Shown here: positions 1-9,854 of the stretch, in pieces
Layout of the letters: every line of letters begins with the position of its first letter
How positions within the stretch are numbered: the first letter of the stretch is position 1
Source: Ignavibacteria bacterium
Lineage (GTDB): Bacteria > Bacteroidota > Ignavibacteria > Kapaibacteriales > UBA2268
Assembly: GCA_012518115.1 (NCBI GenBank)
Contig: JAAYTD010000043.1
Span: forward strand, 25,211-89,210
Reading direction: 5' to 3'
Length of the DNA stretch: 64,000 bases
Notes under the pieces: generated by a model
Seen by the model: the letters and a program-made list of their open reading frames with translations, nothing else
Told to the model about the DNA's origin: nothing
Databases searched by the model: none
Made by a program: the position numbers and the translations under genes

Positions 1-1
1 G

Positions 2-172
2 GCTATTTATAGAGATCCTGTCAATAAAATATCTGTCATAGATAATAAAGAATGTATCGCCTGCGGTGAATGTTTAGATAATTGTAAAAAATGTAGTATG
101 AATTTCTTTAGAAAAAATGAAAAACACAAGACTGTTAATAAACTCTGCAAAGAAAATTTGCCTGCTGATTAG
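2..172 (+). CDS. C-terminal fragment of a 4Fe-4S binding protein (5' end outside window)
   Basis: Manual translation of frame 2: AIYRDPVNKISVIDNKECIACGECLDNCKKCSMNFFRK...LPAD*, with a CxxCxxCxxxC ferredoxin motif; stop TAG at 170-172; not in ORF track. Confidence 0.8.
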   Translation, partial: AIYRDPVNKISVIDNKECIACGECLDNCKKCSMNFFRKNEKHKTVNKLCKENLPAD

Positions 173-1460
173 CTTACTTGTTCTAAGTAGTAATTATAGC
201 TATTCAGGAATGGATTGCCGTAGTATGCTTGGTGGATACATAAAACCATTATTTGGTTCTAAATACGTCGTGGGCGGTATCGAGGTAACCGGTGCATTTG
301 CCGGTATGACTGATAGGAATATAAAAAACGGTCTGGCTATCGCTGGATTGGGCTTTAATTTTAATGACTCTAAGCATCAAATCTATGTTGAAGGTGGGTA
401 TAAGAATTTTTATAATTCTAAAGGTGGTCCCGGAAGAAAAGGGATTGATACAAGCGGTGCAATTGGTGGGTATGAACAATTTCCTGCTGTTGATAAGTTA
501 AAATTGAGCTTTCGCGAGCTCTTCTATAAGTATGATGTACCAAACTTTAAAGTGGGAATTGGCTTGCAAACAATGAAACTTCCCGATTATTTCTTACTTG
601 ATGAAAGAGTTGTTGGACTTAATTCATCACTTAGTTCCGGAAACTTCACTTATAGCGTTACTGCTGCTTCCGTTCTTGCTCAATTTGCTCGATATGCTGA
701 TTTCTGCGGTACTCGTCATATTTATAACCTTACAAGAGGCAGACGAGTTGACTTCTTAGGTGATTATTTTGGTGAATCAAATTTTTGGGCTGCCACAGTA
801 AAATGGGTAAATAATCCAAGCGAAAATTCACAAGCAACTACTGAAAACAACAGTGAAGATGATGAGTTTGAAGATTTTACTCCTGTAGAAGTTTCTAAAC
901 CCTTTCTGCAAGAAGTAGGCGCTATATTTTACAATGAATTTGGAGCTGCTTTCCCTGATTATAAATACTATGGTGGACTATTTGCCGGATTTAATCTCCC
1001 TCTAGGAATTAACTTAAAAGCCGAAGCTCTTTATCAATATATTTATAAAGAAAATGCTGTAGGATATTTTGTTGAATTGAGCAAATTATTTGATTTGGGC
1101 AATGGTTTCAGCAGTCTTGTTGGTGCAGCTATGGTGGGAAAGATTGAAATAGATAGCAATACTATGTTTTATCCTTCATATACAAATCTGTTTATGGGAG
1201 AAGTTATGAAAATGGATGCCTTAGATTTGCCTGTAGCTCAAGCATTCGTAAAATTCGATTTCCCTTGGCTTGATAATATGTACTTTAAAACTACTGTAGC
1301 AGGACAAACCGCAGGTTCTCATACAAAAGAATTAGATTTAGAATTAAGCGCCCGATTTTTTAATCATCTAAAAACAACATTAATCGGTGGATATATTAGT
1401 TCTGACGCCCTTAAGCAAGATACATATTTCGGAAGAATAGAATTTAGAGTAGCATTTTAA
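117..1460 (+). CDS. Putative outer-membrane beta-barrel protein of unknown function
   Basis: N-terminal signal-like stretch, many amphipathic Gly/aromatic-rich strands, C-terminal beta-signal-like GRIEFRVAF ending in Phe; overlaps upstream gene by 56 nt. Confidence 0.6.
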   Translation: MKNTRLLINSAKKICLLISLLVLSSNYSYSGMDCRSMLGGYIKPLFGSKYVVGGIEVTGAFAGMTDRNIKNGLAIAGLGFNFNDSKHQIYVEGGYKNFYNSKGGPGRKGIDTSGAIGGYEQFPAVDKLKLSFRELFYKYDVPNFKVGIGLQTMKLPDYFLLDERVVGLNSSLSSGNFTYSVTAASVLAQFARYADFCGTRHIYNLTRGRRVDFLGDYFGESNFWAATVKWVNNPSENSQATTENNSEDDEFEDFTPVEVSKPFLQEVGAIFYNEFGAAFPDYKYYGGLFAGFNLPLGINLKAEALYQYIYKENAVGYFVELSKLFDLGNGFSSLVGAAMVGKIEIDSNTMFYPSYTNLFMGEVMKMDALDLPVAQAFVKFDFPWLDNMYFKTTVAGQTAGSHTKELDLELSARFFNHLKTTLIGGYISSDALKQDTYFGRIEFRVAF

Positions 1461-1497
1461 TATTAAAACACATAATTTATATTTGAAAATTAATACA

Positions 1498-2349
1498 ATG
1501 GAAAATAAAAATAATAATCCACGAAGAGAATTTATTAAAAAGTTCGGATTAATGGGCATCGGGATTTGTGCCGGTGGAACTTTTCTAAATTCTTGTACAA
1601 AAAATGTGCTTAGTCCATTTAGGACCGGGTATTCTATAAATAGCGAGAAGTGTATCGGATGCGGAGTGTGCGTATCTGAATGCTACTATAAAGCAATTGT
1701 ATTGCCATTTAATTCTAAATATCACATAGAACCGGAGCTATGTATCGAGTGCGGAGAATGCGAACCTCAATGTAAATATCAAGCTATTTTTATAAGTACA
1801 CCTACTTATAATTTTTTATCAGATAAATGTATTGGCTGCGGCAAATGTATAGAAAAATGCGTAAATGAAGGAAATTGCATCACTTATGAAAAAGAAACAT
1901 ACACGATAAGGAACAAATGCAAACCGGGTCGCTGCGAGCATCAGTGCGAAAAAGCTTGTGAGTATGGAGCTATAACAATAGCTGACAAGTGTGTTATTGA
2001 TACTGAAAAATGCCAAAAATGCGGTAAATGCGTAGCTGCTTGTCCATACAATGCGATTAATCCCGCAAAAGTAACTAAAGATGAAGCAAAATGTACTCAT
2101 TGTGGTCAATGCTATGAAGTTTGTACTGAATTTAATGCTATAGAAAAAATTAAACCTGACGGATATACTGAACCGCATATAGATCAAACTATATGTACAG
2201 CTTGCGGAGATTGCCGAACATTCTGCACTAAATACGATGCAATTAAATATAAATTAGAAATTGCGCGCATTGACAGTTCACTATGTGTAGATTGCGGTAA
2301 ATGCGTTTCGAGCTGCGAGCAAAATGCTATTGAATTAATAGAAATATAA
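1498..2349 (+). CDS. Tat-exported polyferredoxin lipoprotein (8 [4Fe-4S] motifs)
   Basis: PRREFIK twin-arginine motif, hydrophobic stretch, lipobox-like FLNSC; 7 canonical CxxCxxCxxxC motifs plus one variant (CKPGRCEHQCEKAC); ATG at 1498 preferred over TTG at 1483. Confidence 0.85.
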   Translation: MENKNNNPRREFIKKFGLMGIGICAGGTFLNSCTKNVLSPFRTGYSINSEKCIGCGVCVSECYYKAIVLPFNSKYHIEPELCIECGECEPQCKYQAIFISTPTYNFLSDKCIGCGKCIEKCVNEGNCITYEKETYTIRNKCKPGRCEHQCEKACEYGAITIADKCVIDTEKCQKCGKCVAACPYNAINPAKVTKDEAKCTHCGQCYEVCTEFNAIEKIKPDGYTEPHIDQTICTACGDCRTFCTKYDAIKYKLEIARIDSSLCVDCGKCVSSCEQNAIELIEI

Positions 2350-2431
2350 GTTTAGAATTTACTTAAGTAATTAGTAAGTAAAATAATTCTCAAATCATCA
2401 TCTAATTTATAAGAATTAGTTTGAATATAAT

Positions 2432-2465
2432 TGAGGTAGATAAGAAAAATCTACCTCATTTTTTT
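2432..2465 (+). terminator. Rho-independent terminator after the polyferredoxin operon
   Basis: Perfect 10-bp stem TGAGGTAGAT/ATCTACCTCA, 7-nt loop, followed by T7. Confidence 0.85.
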
Positions 2466-2508
2466 ATATACTAAGCATTTTTATTCAAATTATTTCCTTA
2501 CAATTCAT

Positions 2509-2516
2509 TATATTTG
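2509..2516 (+). promoter_or_regulatory. Bacteroidota-type -7 promoter element (TAnnTTTG)
   Basis: TATATTTG 40 nt upstream of ATG 2557, just after a terminator. Confidence 0.5.
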
Positions 2517-2556
2517 TATTTTGTCTCAATATATTCTTACTCTTTGAATAACAAAT

Positions 2557-3906
2557 ATGAAATTTAACCCCAAAAGAAATTTTTTATTTATATTAACCGT
2601 TGTATTTTTCTTTTCAATTTCGCCTATTTTTGCTCAATCAGGTATGTATTTTAGTGAATTTTGCAAGCGTCTTGAAATGTATTTTCATCCAGACTTAGTT
2701 GCTGATATACACAAAGAGATGCCACCAAGTGATTTTCTTGTATGGGGTTGGGATGTTGGAGATTTTTCAGGAGATGATAATAATGATGTCGCTTTTTCCA
2801 TACGTCGTTCAGGGCAAAAAGACAAAATTATAGATGTTTATCTTTTTGTAGATATTGACGGTTTTTTGACAAAAGTTGGTGAATTTCAAGTTAATTATTT
2901 TGAATTGCCATTAGAAGTCGGTGTAGCTATAAGACATAATCTTTGTTATGTTACGCAAAAATTCAAGCAATTTAATTGGGACATAAAAAGCTACAAGTTT
3001 ATAAACAATGTTTTAGTTAGTTACGATATTTATTCTACACGTCGTATTGGAAAAATTACGCAAGAAACCTGCAAGAATTTTTACGACTTACGCAATACTA
3101 AACGATATTTAAATACAGCCAAAAATACAACTGAATTCTGGGCAGATTATTTAGTAATTCCTTCATATTCGCGAGGTCGTTTAGTTTATAGCGGTTTTTC
3201 TGATGAAGCTTCTGTTAATTATATTGAATATGTTCCTGAAGGTGCTTATTGGTTAACTGGCGCTTCAGATTTATCTTATAGTGTCAATTCTGTCTATGAC
3301 GATCAGTATTTATATTTTTCTATAACTGTACAAGATGATTACGTAGTTACTCCATTTTGTGATACTTGCGTTAGTGAAGGAATAGAAATATGGCTTGATG
3401 TGCATGATTACAAAGATGCAAGTGAACGTTTAGCAACAATTAGTAACAATGTGCCACTTTTCAACAATCAAGCAAAAGAAGGAATTTATAAATTTACTAT
3501 ACGTGCAGGCGATTTTATAACTCGGCAACCAACTGTTATTATGAGTTCCAGCACTGAACTCACTCCAATTCAAAAAGTCGCTTCAAGAGGTATAAATGTT
3601 ATATGTGATCTAAATGAAAAAGGATATTTTTGTATATTGAAAATTCCATTTACAGCACTCGGTCGCACAAATGTACCGATAACAAACAATGAAATAGTTG
3701 AATGGGGTTGCACAGTAAAAGTTATTGACTATGACAATGAATTTCGCCCCGAAGAACGCACTGTGATGACTACTTCTATTTTCCAAGAAGATAATCCTTC
3801 TACTTACGGCTCACTACTATTTATTCCTGACGAAAAATGGTATGGCGATATTTACAATGTTCTGCAAGCAAAATTAGTAAATGATCTTAAAGAATTTGGT
3901 TTCTAA
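2557..3906 (+). CDS. Secreted protein with C-terminal CBM9/DOMON-like domain
   Basis: Signal peptide (..SPIFAQ); FG-GAP-like GDFSGDDNNDVA; YDDQYLYFSITVQDD..EGIEIWLD and LKIPFTALG resemble CBM9-like sugar-binding domains. Confidence 0.5.
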   Translation: MKFNPKRNFLFILTVVFFFSISPIFAQSGMYFSEFCKRLEMYFHPDLVADIHKEMPPSDFLVWGWDVGDFSGDDNNDVAFSIRRSGQKDKIIDVYLFVDIDGFLTKVGEFQVNYFELPLEVGVAIRHNLCYVTQKFKQFNWDIKSYKFINNVLVSYDIYSTRRIGKITQETCKNFYDLRNTKRYLNTAKNTTEFWADYLVIPSYSRGRLVYSGFSDEASVNYIEYVPEGAYWLTGASDLSYSVNSVYDDQYLYFSITVQDDYVVTPFCDTCVSEGIEIWLDVHDYKDASERLATISNNVPLFNNQAKEGIYKFTIRAGDFITRQPTVIMSSSTELTPIQKVASRGINVICDLNEKGYFCILKIPFTALGRTNVPITNNEIVEWGCTVKVIDYDNEFRPEERTVMTTSIFQEDNPSTYGSLLFIPDEKWYGDIYNVLQAKLVNDLKEFGF

Positions 3907-3926
3907 TAAAATAAATAATTTGCATA

Positions 3927-5267
3927 ATGATAAAAGTCTATAAGTTCGGCGGCTCTGTTTTGAAAAACTACTTTGGTTTCAAACAATTAGAGCAAATCGT
4001 AAGAAATAGTTTAGCTGAAAAACGCGATGATGATAAAATTGTCATCGTTATATCCGCTTTGGGAAAAACAACAGCAAATCTGAACCTAGCTATGAAACAT
4101 GCCGAACAAAACGAAAACGATTTAGTTATAAATATTGTTTCCGATATTTTCAATACTCATAAACAAATAGTTAAAGAATTGGAATTATCAAAAGAAAACA
4201 CTTGGCAATTAGATTTATTTTTTAGAACAACAAAAGAAAACTTGCTGAGATATTTGCGTGGGGTAGCAATTACCCAAGAACTAACTGCACGCACAAAAGA
4301 TATCATATTAAGTTTTGGAGAAATGATAGCTTCAAGAATCATTTCCATATATCTCACTGACAAAGGCATTACCAATTCATACTTCAATATTACAAAAGTT
4401 TTAATTACAGACGATAATTTTGGATCTGCTACTCCTAATTTATTAGAAACTGAAGAAAGAATATCAAAATATCTACTTCCTGTTCTTAATCTCACTAACT
4501 GTATGGTAACTCAAGGATTTATAGCTTCAAGTATAACAGGTGAAATTACAACTATGGGAATAGAAAGTTCAAATCTTACTGCCACAATTCTTGCGGGAGT
4601 ATTGCATTCGGAAGAGTTTGTTATCTGGACAGATGTAGAAGGTATCCGTAGCGCCGATCCGAAGTTAGTAAAAAATACGAAACTGATAAAAAACATAAGT
4701 TATGAATTTGCTGATTTACTAGCGGCTTACGGCTTAAAGCTCATATATCCTAAGATGATAGATTATTTACGCTTGTTTGATTTAGAGCTCCAATTCCGTT
4801 CGGGATTAAATTTAGACGGACAATGGTCAGTAATTACAAGAAACGGTGATAATAAGAAGTATAAACTATTACTACATAAAGAAAATACAACGATGTTGCA
4901 CAAAGAAAAATCTAGAACAAATTTTAACTTAGCAACATTAAATGAACTTGTAGCAGATAGCAGAAACATATTTCTTGTAAATCCTGACAATGTAATAATA
5001 ATTTCAGATACTCTTTCGTTAGAACTGAAAAATACTCTGGTTATTGAAGGATTTATATGCGAAGACAACGTTAATACTATTACAGGAATAAACATATCTA
5101 TTGAGGAAATGCACAAATTCCTCGACGAAGATGCAAATCAAAATATAGATAAACTATTCATTAACTACAACTTTAAATCAGGAATATCAAGTTTGCATAT
5201 TCTTCCTAAAAACAAAGAAAAATTTCTTGAAATGGTGTGCGAAAAAATCACTGAAATTGAAATGTAA
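3927..5267 (+). CDS. lysC: Aspartokinase-family amino acid kinase (divergent)
   Basis: VYKFGGS, VISALGKTT, SFGE, VTQGFIA, IWTDVEGIRSADPK motifs; the LGRxGSD motif is altered (see findings). Confidence 0.7.
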   Translation: MIKVYKFGGSVLKNYFGFKQLEQIVRNSLAEKRDDDKIVIVISALGKTTANLNLAMKHAEQNENDLVINIVSDIFNTHKQIVKELELSKENTWQLDLFFRTTKENLLRYLRGVAITQELTARTKDIILSFGEMIASRIISIYLTDKGITNSYFNITKVLITDDNFGSATPNLLETEERISKYLLPVLNLTNCMVTQGFIASSITGEITTMGIESSNLTATILAGVLHSEEFVIWTDVEGIRSADPKLVKNTKLIKNISYEFADLLAAYGLKLIYPKMIDYLRLFDLELQFRSGLNLDGQWSVITRNGDNKKYKLLLHKENTTMLHKEKSRTNFNLATLNELVADSRNIFLVNPDNVIIISDTLSLELKNTLVIEGFICEDNVNTITGINISIEEMHKFLDEDANQNIDKLFINYNFKSGISSLHILPKNKEKFLEMVCEKITEIEM

Positions 5268-5288
5268 ATATAAAAAATTATACTAATT

Positions 5289-6929
5289 ATGAGCTCTCAA
5301 TTTACTTTAAAAATTAACTATGTGGATATTTTCAATAAAGATATTTTTCCTGCAAGAATAACTGTAGAAAACGGAATTATTAAAGAAGTAAGTAGAATTG
5401 ATGAAAATTGTAATAATTATATCTTGCCCGCTTTTATAGATTCTCATATACATATAGAAAGCAGTATGTTAACGCCTATAGAGTTCGCTAAAGCTGCTTC
5501 TGTTTTCGGAACTGCAGCCGTTGTTGCCGATCCGCATGAAATAGCAAATGTTTTAGGGAAAAAAGGCGTTGAATTTATGATAAATAACGCTAGTAATGTT
5601 CCATTTAAATTTTACTTCGGAGATCCTTCCTGTGTCCCTGCCACTACTTTTGAAACAAGTGGTAGCACAATATCTATAAATGATATTCAAGAACTTTTTG
5701 AAAAATACGACTTAAAATATCTTAGCGAAATGATGAACGTGCCGGGAGTAATTTTTGAAAATCCTGAAGTTATCGCTAAAATTGAACTAGCTAGGAAATT
5801 AAATAAAAAAATAGACGGACACGCTCCATTATTATCAAACAAAGAACTTGAAAAATATATCAATAGTGGAATTACAACAGACCACGAATGTACTAGCTTT
5901 GCTGAAGCAGAAGAAAAAATACATAAAGGAATGAAAATCCAAATAAGGTGTGGTTCGGCTGCAAATAATTTTGAAGAACTATGGAAACTAATCGATATGT
6001 ATCCTGATAAAATTATGTTCGCTTCCGATGATTTGCACCCCGACGATTTGATAAAAGGACATATAAATTTAATCGTGAAAAAAGCCATAAAAAAAGGCGT
6101 CAATATATTCAACATCTTAAATGCAGCTATAAAAAATCCTGTTGAACATTATAATTTAGATTTAGGTTTGTTAAGAAAAGGAGACGATGCCGATTTCATT
6201 ATAATAGATAACTTAAACGAAAATTTCAAAGTATTACAAACATATTGCAAAGGAAAATTAATTGCTGATAATGGACAAACACTAGTACAAGACAAAGAAA
6301 CAGAAGTAATAAATAATTTTATAGCAGAAAAAATCAAACCTGATGATATAAAAGTTAAAGCGAATAATCATAATAAAATTAAAGTTATTGTAGCAAAAAA
6401 CAATGAACTTTTAACAGGCTTAGAAGTTTGTAATGCTACGATAAATAATGGATTTATAGAAACAAACATTGAAAATGATATTCTAAAAATTGTAAATCTC
6501 AATAGATATGCTACTAATGCTGTTCCTGCTGTCGCTTTTATAAAAGGAATAGGAATTAAAAAAGGAGCTATAGCTTCAAGTGTTGCTCACGATTCGCATA
6601 ATATTATAGCTGTTGGAACAAACGATGAAGATATAGCAAGTGCAATAAATTTAATTATTGAAAACAAAGGCGGACTTGCTATAGCTAGTAAAAACGAGAG
6701 TTACATATTAGAGCTCCCTATCGCTGGTTTGATAAGCAATAAAGATGCAAAGTATGCTGCAGAAAAATATACTATTTTAACAAATAAAGCAAAGGAGTTA
6801 GGTACAAATTTATCCGCACCTTTTATGACGCTTTCTTTCCTTGCGCTTCTTGTAATTCCCGAATTGAAATTAAGCGACAAAGGTTTGTTTGACGGTAAAA
6901 AATTTGAATTTACAGAAATTTATGCATAA
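5289..6929 (+). CDS. ade: Adenine deaminase
   Basis: IDSHIHIESSM, DPHEIANV, PSCVPAT, DGHAP, DHEC, SDDLHP, SVAHDSHN, PFMTLSFLAL motifs. Confidence 0.95.
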   Translation: MSSQFTLKINYVDIFNKDIFPARITVENGIIKEVSRIDENCNNYILPAFIDSHIHIESSMLTPIEFAKAASVFGTAAVVADPHEIANVLGKKGVEFMINNASNVPFKFYFGDPSCVPATTFETSGSTISINDIQELFEKYDLKYLSEMMNVPGVIFENPEVIAKIELARKLNKKIDGHAPLLSNKELEKYINSGITTDHECTSFAEAEEKIHKGMKIQIRCGSAANNFEELWKLIDMYPDKIMFASDDLHPDDLIKGHINLIVKKAIKKGVNIFNILNAAIKNPVEHYNLDLGLLRKGDDADFIIIDNLNENFKVLQTYCKGKLIADNGQTLVQDKETEVINNFIAEKIKPDDIKVKANNHNKIKVIVAKNNELLTGLEVCNATINNGFIETNIENDILKIVNLNRYATNAVPAVAFIKGIGIKKGAIASSVAHDSHNIIAVGTNDEDIASAINLIIENKGGLAIASKNESYILELPIAGLISNKDAKYAAEKYTILTNKAKELGTNLSAPFMTLSFLALLVIPELKLSDKGLFDGKKFEFTEIYA

Positions 6930-6949
6930 AATAAAGTGAAATAATCAAA

Positions 6950-7843
6950 ATGAAAAAAACTAAAGGAATAATTCTTGCGGGCGGTGCTGGCTCACGTCTC
7001 TACCCTCTTTCTAAAATCTATAGCAAGCAACTTGTAGCTGTCTATGATAAACCGATGATTTATTATCCTTTTTCTATGTTAATATCTGTCGGCATAAACG
7101 AAATTTTGATTATTTCAGACGAAAACACTTTGCCTTTTTATGAAAAATTATTTGGCAATGGTAATGATTTAGGTTTAGAAATTTCTTACGCATTGCAAAA
7201 AGAACCGAACGGAATTGCAGAAGCTTTTATCATTGGTGAAAAATTTATTGGCAACGACAATGTTGCACTAATTCTTGGAGATAATATATTTTACGGCAAC
7301 ATAAGTTTCTTTACTAATGCTGTAAAAAACAATAAAATTGCTACAATTTTTGCTATATATGTAAAAGAACCTGAACGTTACGGCGTTATTGAGTTTGATA
7401 AAGACAATAATCCCATAAGTATAATTGAAAAACCAAAAGAATTTGTATCTAATTTCGCTGTTCCCGGATTTTATATCTATAATAAATCAGTTGTTGAAAT
7501 AGCTAAAAAACTAAAACCGTCAGCTCGTAACGAACTTGAAATTACAGATATAAATCAACACTACTTAACACAAGGAACTATTGATGTTATTAAAATTAAA
7601 CAAGGTGTAGCTTGGTTAGATTGCGGAACTCCCGAATCACTTCTTGACGCAAGTAATTTAATAGCTTCAATTGAGCAAAGACAAGGATTGAAAATTGCAT
7701 GTCCCGAAGAAGCTGCACTAAATCAAAACTTCTTAACTATAGAAAAATTTAAGGAATATCTGAACTCAATCCCAAATTGCGATTATAAAAAATATTTAGA
7801 AAATATATTAAAAAAATATAAAGATTATGAGAATATCAAGTAA
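6950..7843 (+). CDS. rfbA: Glucose-1-phosphate thymidylyltransferase
   Basis: GIILAGGAGSRLYP, KQL..YDKPMIYYP, LILGDNIF, EKP, SARNELEIT motifs. Confidence 0.93.
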   Translation: MKKTKGIILAGGAGSRLYPLSKIYSKQLVAVYDKPMIYYPFSMLISVGINEILIISDENTLPFYEKLFGNGNDLGLEISYALQKEPNGIAEAFIIGEKFIGNDNVALILGDNIFYGNISFFTNAVKNNKIATIFAIYVKEPERYGVIEFDKDNNPISIIEKPKEFVSNFAVPGFYIYNKSVVEIAKKLKPSARNELEITDINQHYLTQGTIDVIKIKQGVAWLDCGTPESLLDASNLIASIEQRQGLKIACPEEAALNQNFLTIEKFKEYLNSIPNCDYKKYLENILKKYKDYENIK

Positions 7844-9275
7844 ACTTTCACTCCGATTTGTATTACTATTTGCAGTTTTTACAATAATAGCTTTCTTCCT
7901 ATTTTCATATTTAGTACGTGAAAAATCGGAATACGACTACATATATTTTCTATCAACATTGAACAATACAATAAGTTCTACTCTTGTTGAAAATGATAGT
8001 CTCAAAAAAAATTACAATGAAATCCTTAATAAAATACATAGCCAGTTTTCCAATAAACCAATCATTCGCATTACATTAATTTCATGCTCTGGAAAAGTTA
8101 TATTTGAATCCGATACATTCGCCCATAAAATGGACAATCACAAAACAAGACCTGAAATTATGAAAGCACTCAATGGCGAAGTTGGCACAAGTATCCGTCA
8201 AAGTAAAACACTTAAAAAAGATTTCCTTTTCGTAGCGTCGCCTGTTAAAAATTCAGACAAAACGCAAGTTATAGGTATAATAAGAACTTCTGTTTTAGTC
8301 AAAGATTTTGATAGTCAAACTGCAAAATTTGCCATAACAATTATATTTTTTCTTGTTATCTTTCTTCTCTTCGGCTTTTTAATTCTTGATAGATTTTCAA
8401 AAAGAATAACTGTCCCTATTTGTGAAATAGAAAATGCTACAAAAGAATTTGCATCAGGAAATCTTGATGTAACCGTTAAGGCAGAAGGAAAAGATGAGAT
8501 AGCTTCGTTAGCTAATAATTTTAATATTATGATTGACAACTTTAAAAAACTTTTGTCTGAACTTAAATATTTAGAACAAGTTAAACGCGATTTTATTGTC
8601 AATGTCTCACATGAATTAAAAACACCTCTTACTGCTATCAAAGGTTTTATAGAAACTTTGGAAGACGAGCTCATAGAAGATGAAATAATTGAAGAAAAAG
8701 AACTTAAAAACTATTTGAAATATATTGATATTACAAAAAGACATACGCATCGTTTAATATCTATAGTGCAAGATTTATTGATGCTATCAGAAACAGAAAC
8801 GGTTTCTTCTTCACTTATGAAAAGTAAAACAGATGTAAAAATGCTATTAGAAAAGATGTTGCCTATATTTTCTCAAAAATTAGAAGAAAAACAATTAAAA
8901 TTAATAACAGAATTTACCCCAGATTTCCCTGAAATTTCTGTAGATGCTTTTAAATTTGAACAAATTTTTGTGAATTTAATTGACAATGCAATTAAGTATT
9001 CGGATAAAGGTGAAATTAAAATAGCTGCTAAAGCTGATAATGAATATGCTTATTTTACAGTAACAGATTCAGGAATTGGAATAAAACCTGAAGACCAAAC
9101 GCGTATTTTTGAACGTTTTTATACCGCTAACAAATCACGCTCAAGACAAACAGGCGGAACAGGTTTAGGATTATCAATTGTTAAGCATATTGTGCTTTTA
9201 CATAAAGGTGAAATTACCGTAGAAAGTAAGTTGGGCACAGGAACAGTGTTTTTAATAAAGCTACCAATTGTATAG
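7827..9275 (+). CDS. Membrane sensor histidine kinase (PhoR-like, HAMP domain)
   Basis: Two TM segments, MDNHxxRPEI periplasmic motif, HAMP (DEIASLA..FN.M), H-box NVSHELKTPLT, N/G1/F/G2 boxes. Confidence 0.9.
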   Translation: MRISSKLSLRFVLLFAVFTIIAFFLFSYLVREKSEYDYIYFLSTLNNTISSTLVENDSLKKNYNEILNKIHSQFSNKPIIRITLISCSGKVIFESDTFAHKMDNHKTRPEIMKALNGEVGTSIRQSKTLKKDFLFVASPVKNSDKTQVIGIIRTSVLVKDFDSQTAKFAITIIFFLVIFLLFGFLILDRFSKRITVPICEIENATKEFASGNLDVTVKAEGKDEIASLANNFNIMIDNFKKLLSELKYLEQVKRDFIVNVSHELKTPLTAIKGFIETLEDELIEDEIIEEKELKNYLKYIDITKRHTHRLISIVQDLLMLSETETVSSSLMKSKTDVKMLLEKMLPIFSQKLEEKQLKLITEFTPDFPEISVDAFKFEQIFVNLIDNAIKYSDKGEIKIAAKADNEYAYFTVTDSGIGIKPEDQTRIFERFYTANKSRSRQTGGTGLGLSIVKHIVLLHKGEITVESKLGTGTVFLIKLPIV

Positions 9276-9278
9276 TAA

Positions 9279-9854
9279 TTATTTTGCCGTCATTTTTTCT
9301 TCTGCACTAAGAATTAAAGCATTTATTTCATCTTTTGTCATATCTTTATCTATAACAAAAGTATCTATAACTTTAATTTTTATACTTGCAAAAGGTAGCG
9401 GAAATTCAAACTTATCCCAACTTTTATGAAATTGCTTTTTCGCAGAAGTTTCACAACGTAAAAAAAAGATAGGCACTTGCCCTCTTTGTGCAGCTATAAA
9501 TGCTCCCGCTTTCATTTTATGGCGAGGACCGCGAGGACCGTCTGGAGTAATAAAAACACTTGTTTCACTTGTAGCTTCTATCATCTGCTCCAACACTTCA
9601 TTTCCTTTTTTTGAAGAAGAACCACGTATTAGTTTATATTTCCACGAAGATAGCAAGTACGATAAAATTTCACCATCTTTGCTTAAACTAACAACCGCAC
9701 TAAAATTATTACCTGAAAAGTATCGCCAAATCGCTAGCATTTCATTGTGCCAAAAAGCAACAACTTTATGAGCTTGCGGTATCTCACCTACGAGCTCTAT
9801 TCGCCAAGTTTTAGAAAGAATATTTAAAATTACTTTTAATAAAGTTTTTTTCAT
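9279..9854 (-). CDS. DUF374 / lysophospholipid acyltransferase-family protein
   Basis: FWH, SLSKDGE, IRGSSSKKG, ITPDGPRGP, SWDKF..PLPF motifs. Confidence 0.85.
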   Translation of the reverse strand: MKKTLLKVILNILSKTWRIELVGEIPQAHKVVAFWHNEMLAIWRYFSGNNFSAVVSLSKDGEILSYLLSSWKYKLIRGSSSKKGNEVLEQMIEATSETSVFITPDGPRGPRHKMKAGAFIAAQRGQVPIFFLRCETSAKKQFHKSWDKFEFPLPFASIKIKVIDTFVIDKDMTKDEINALILSAEEKMTAK

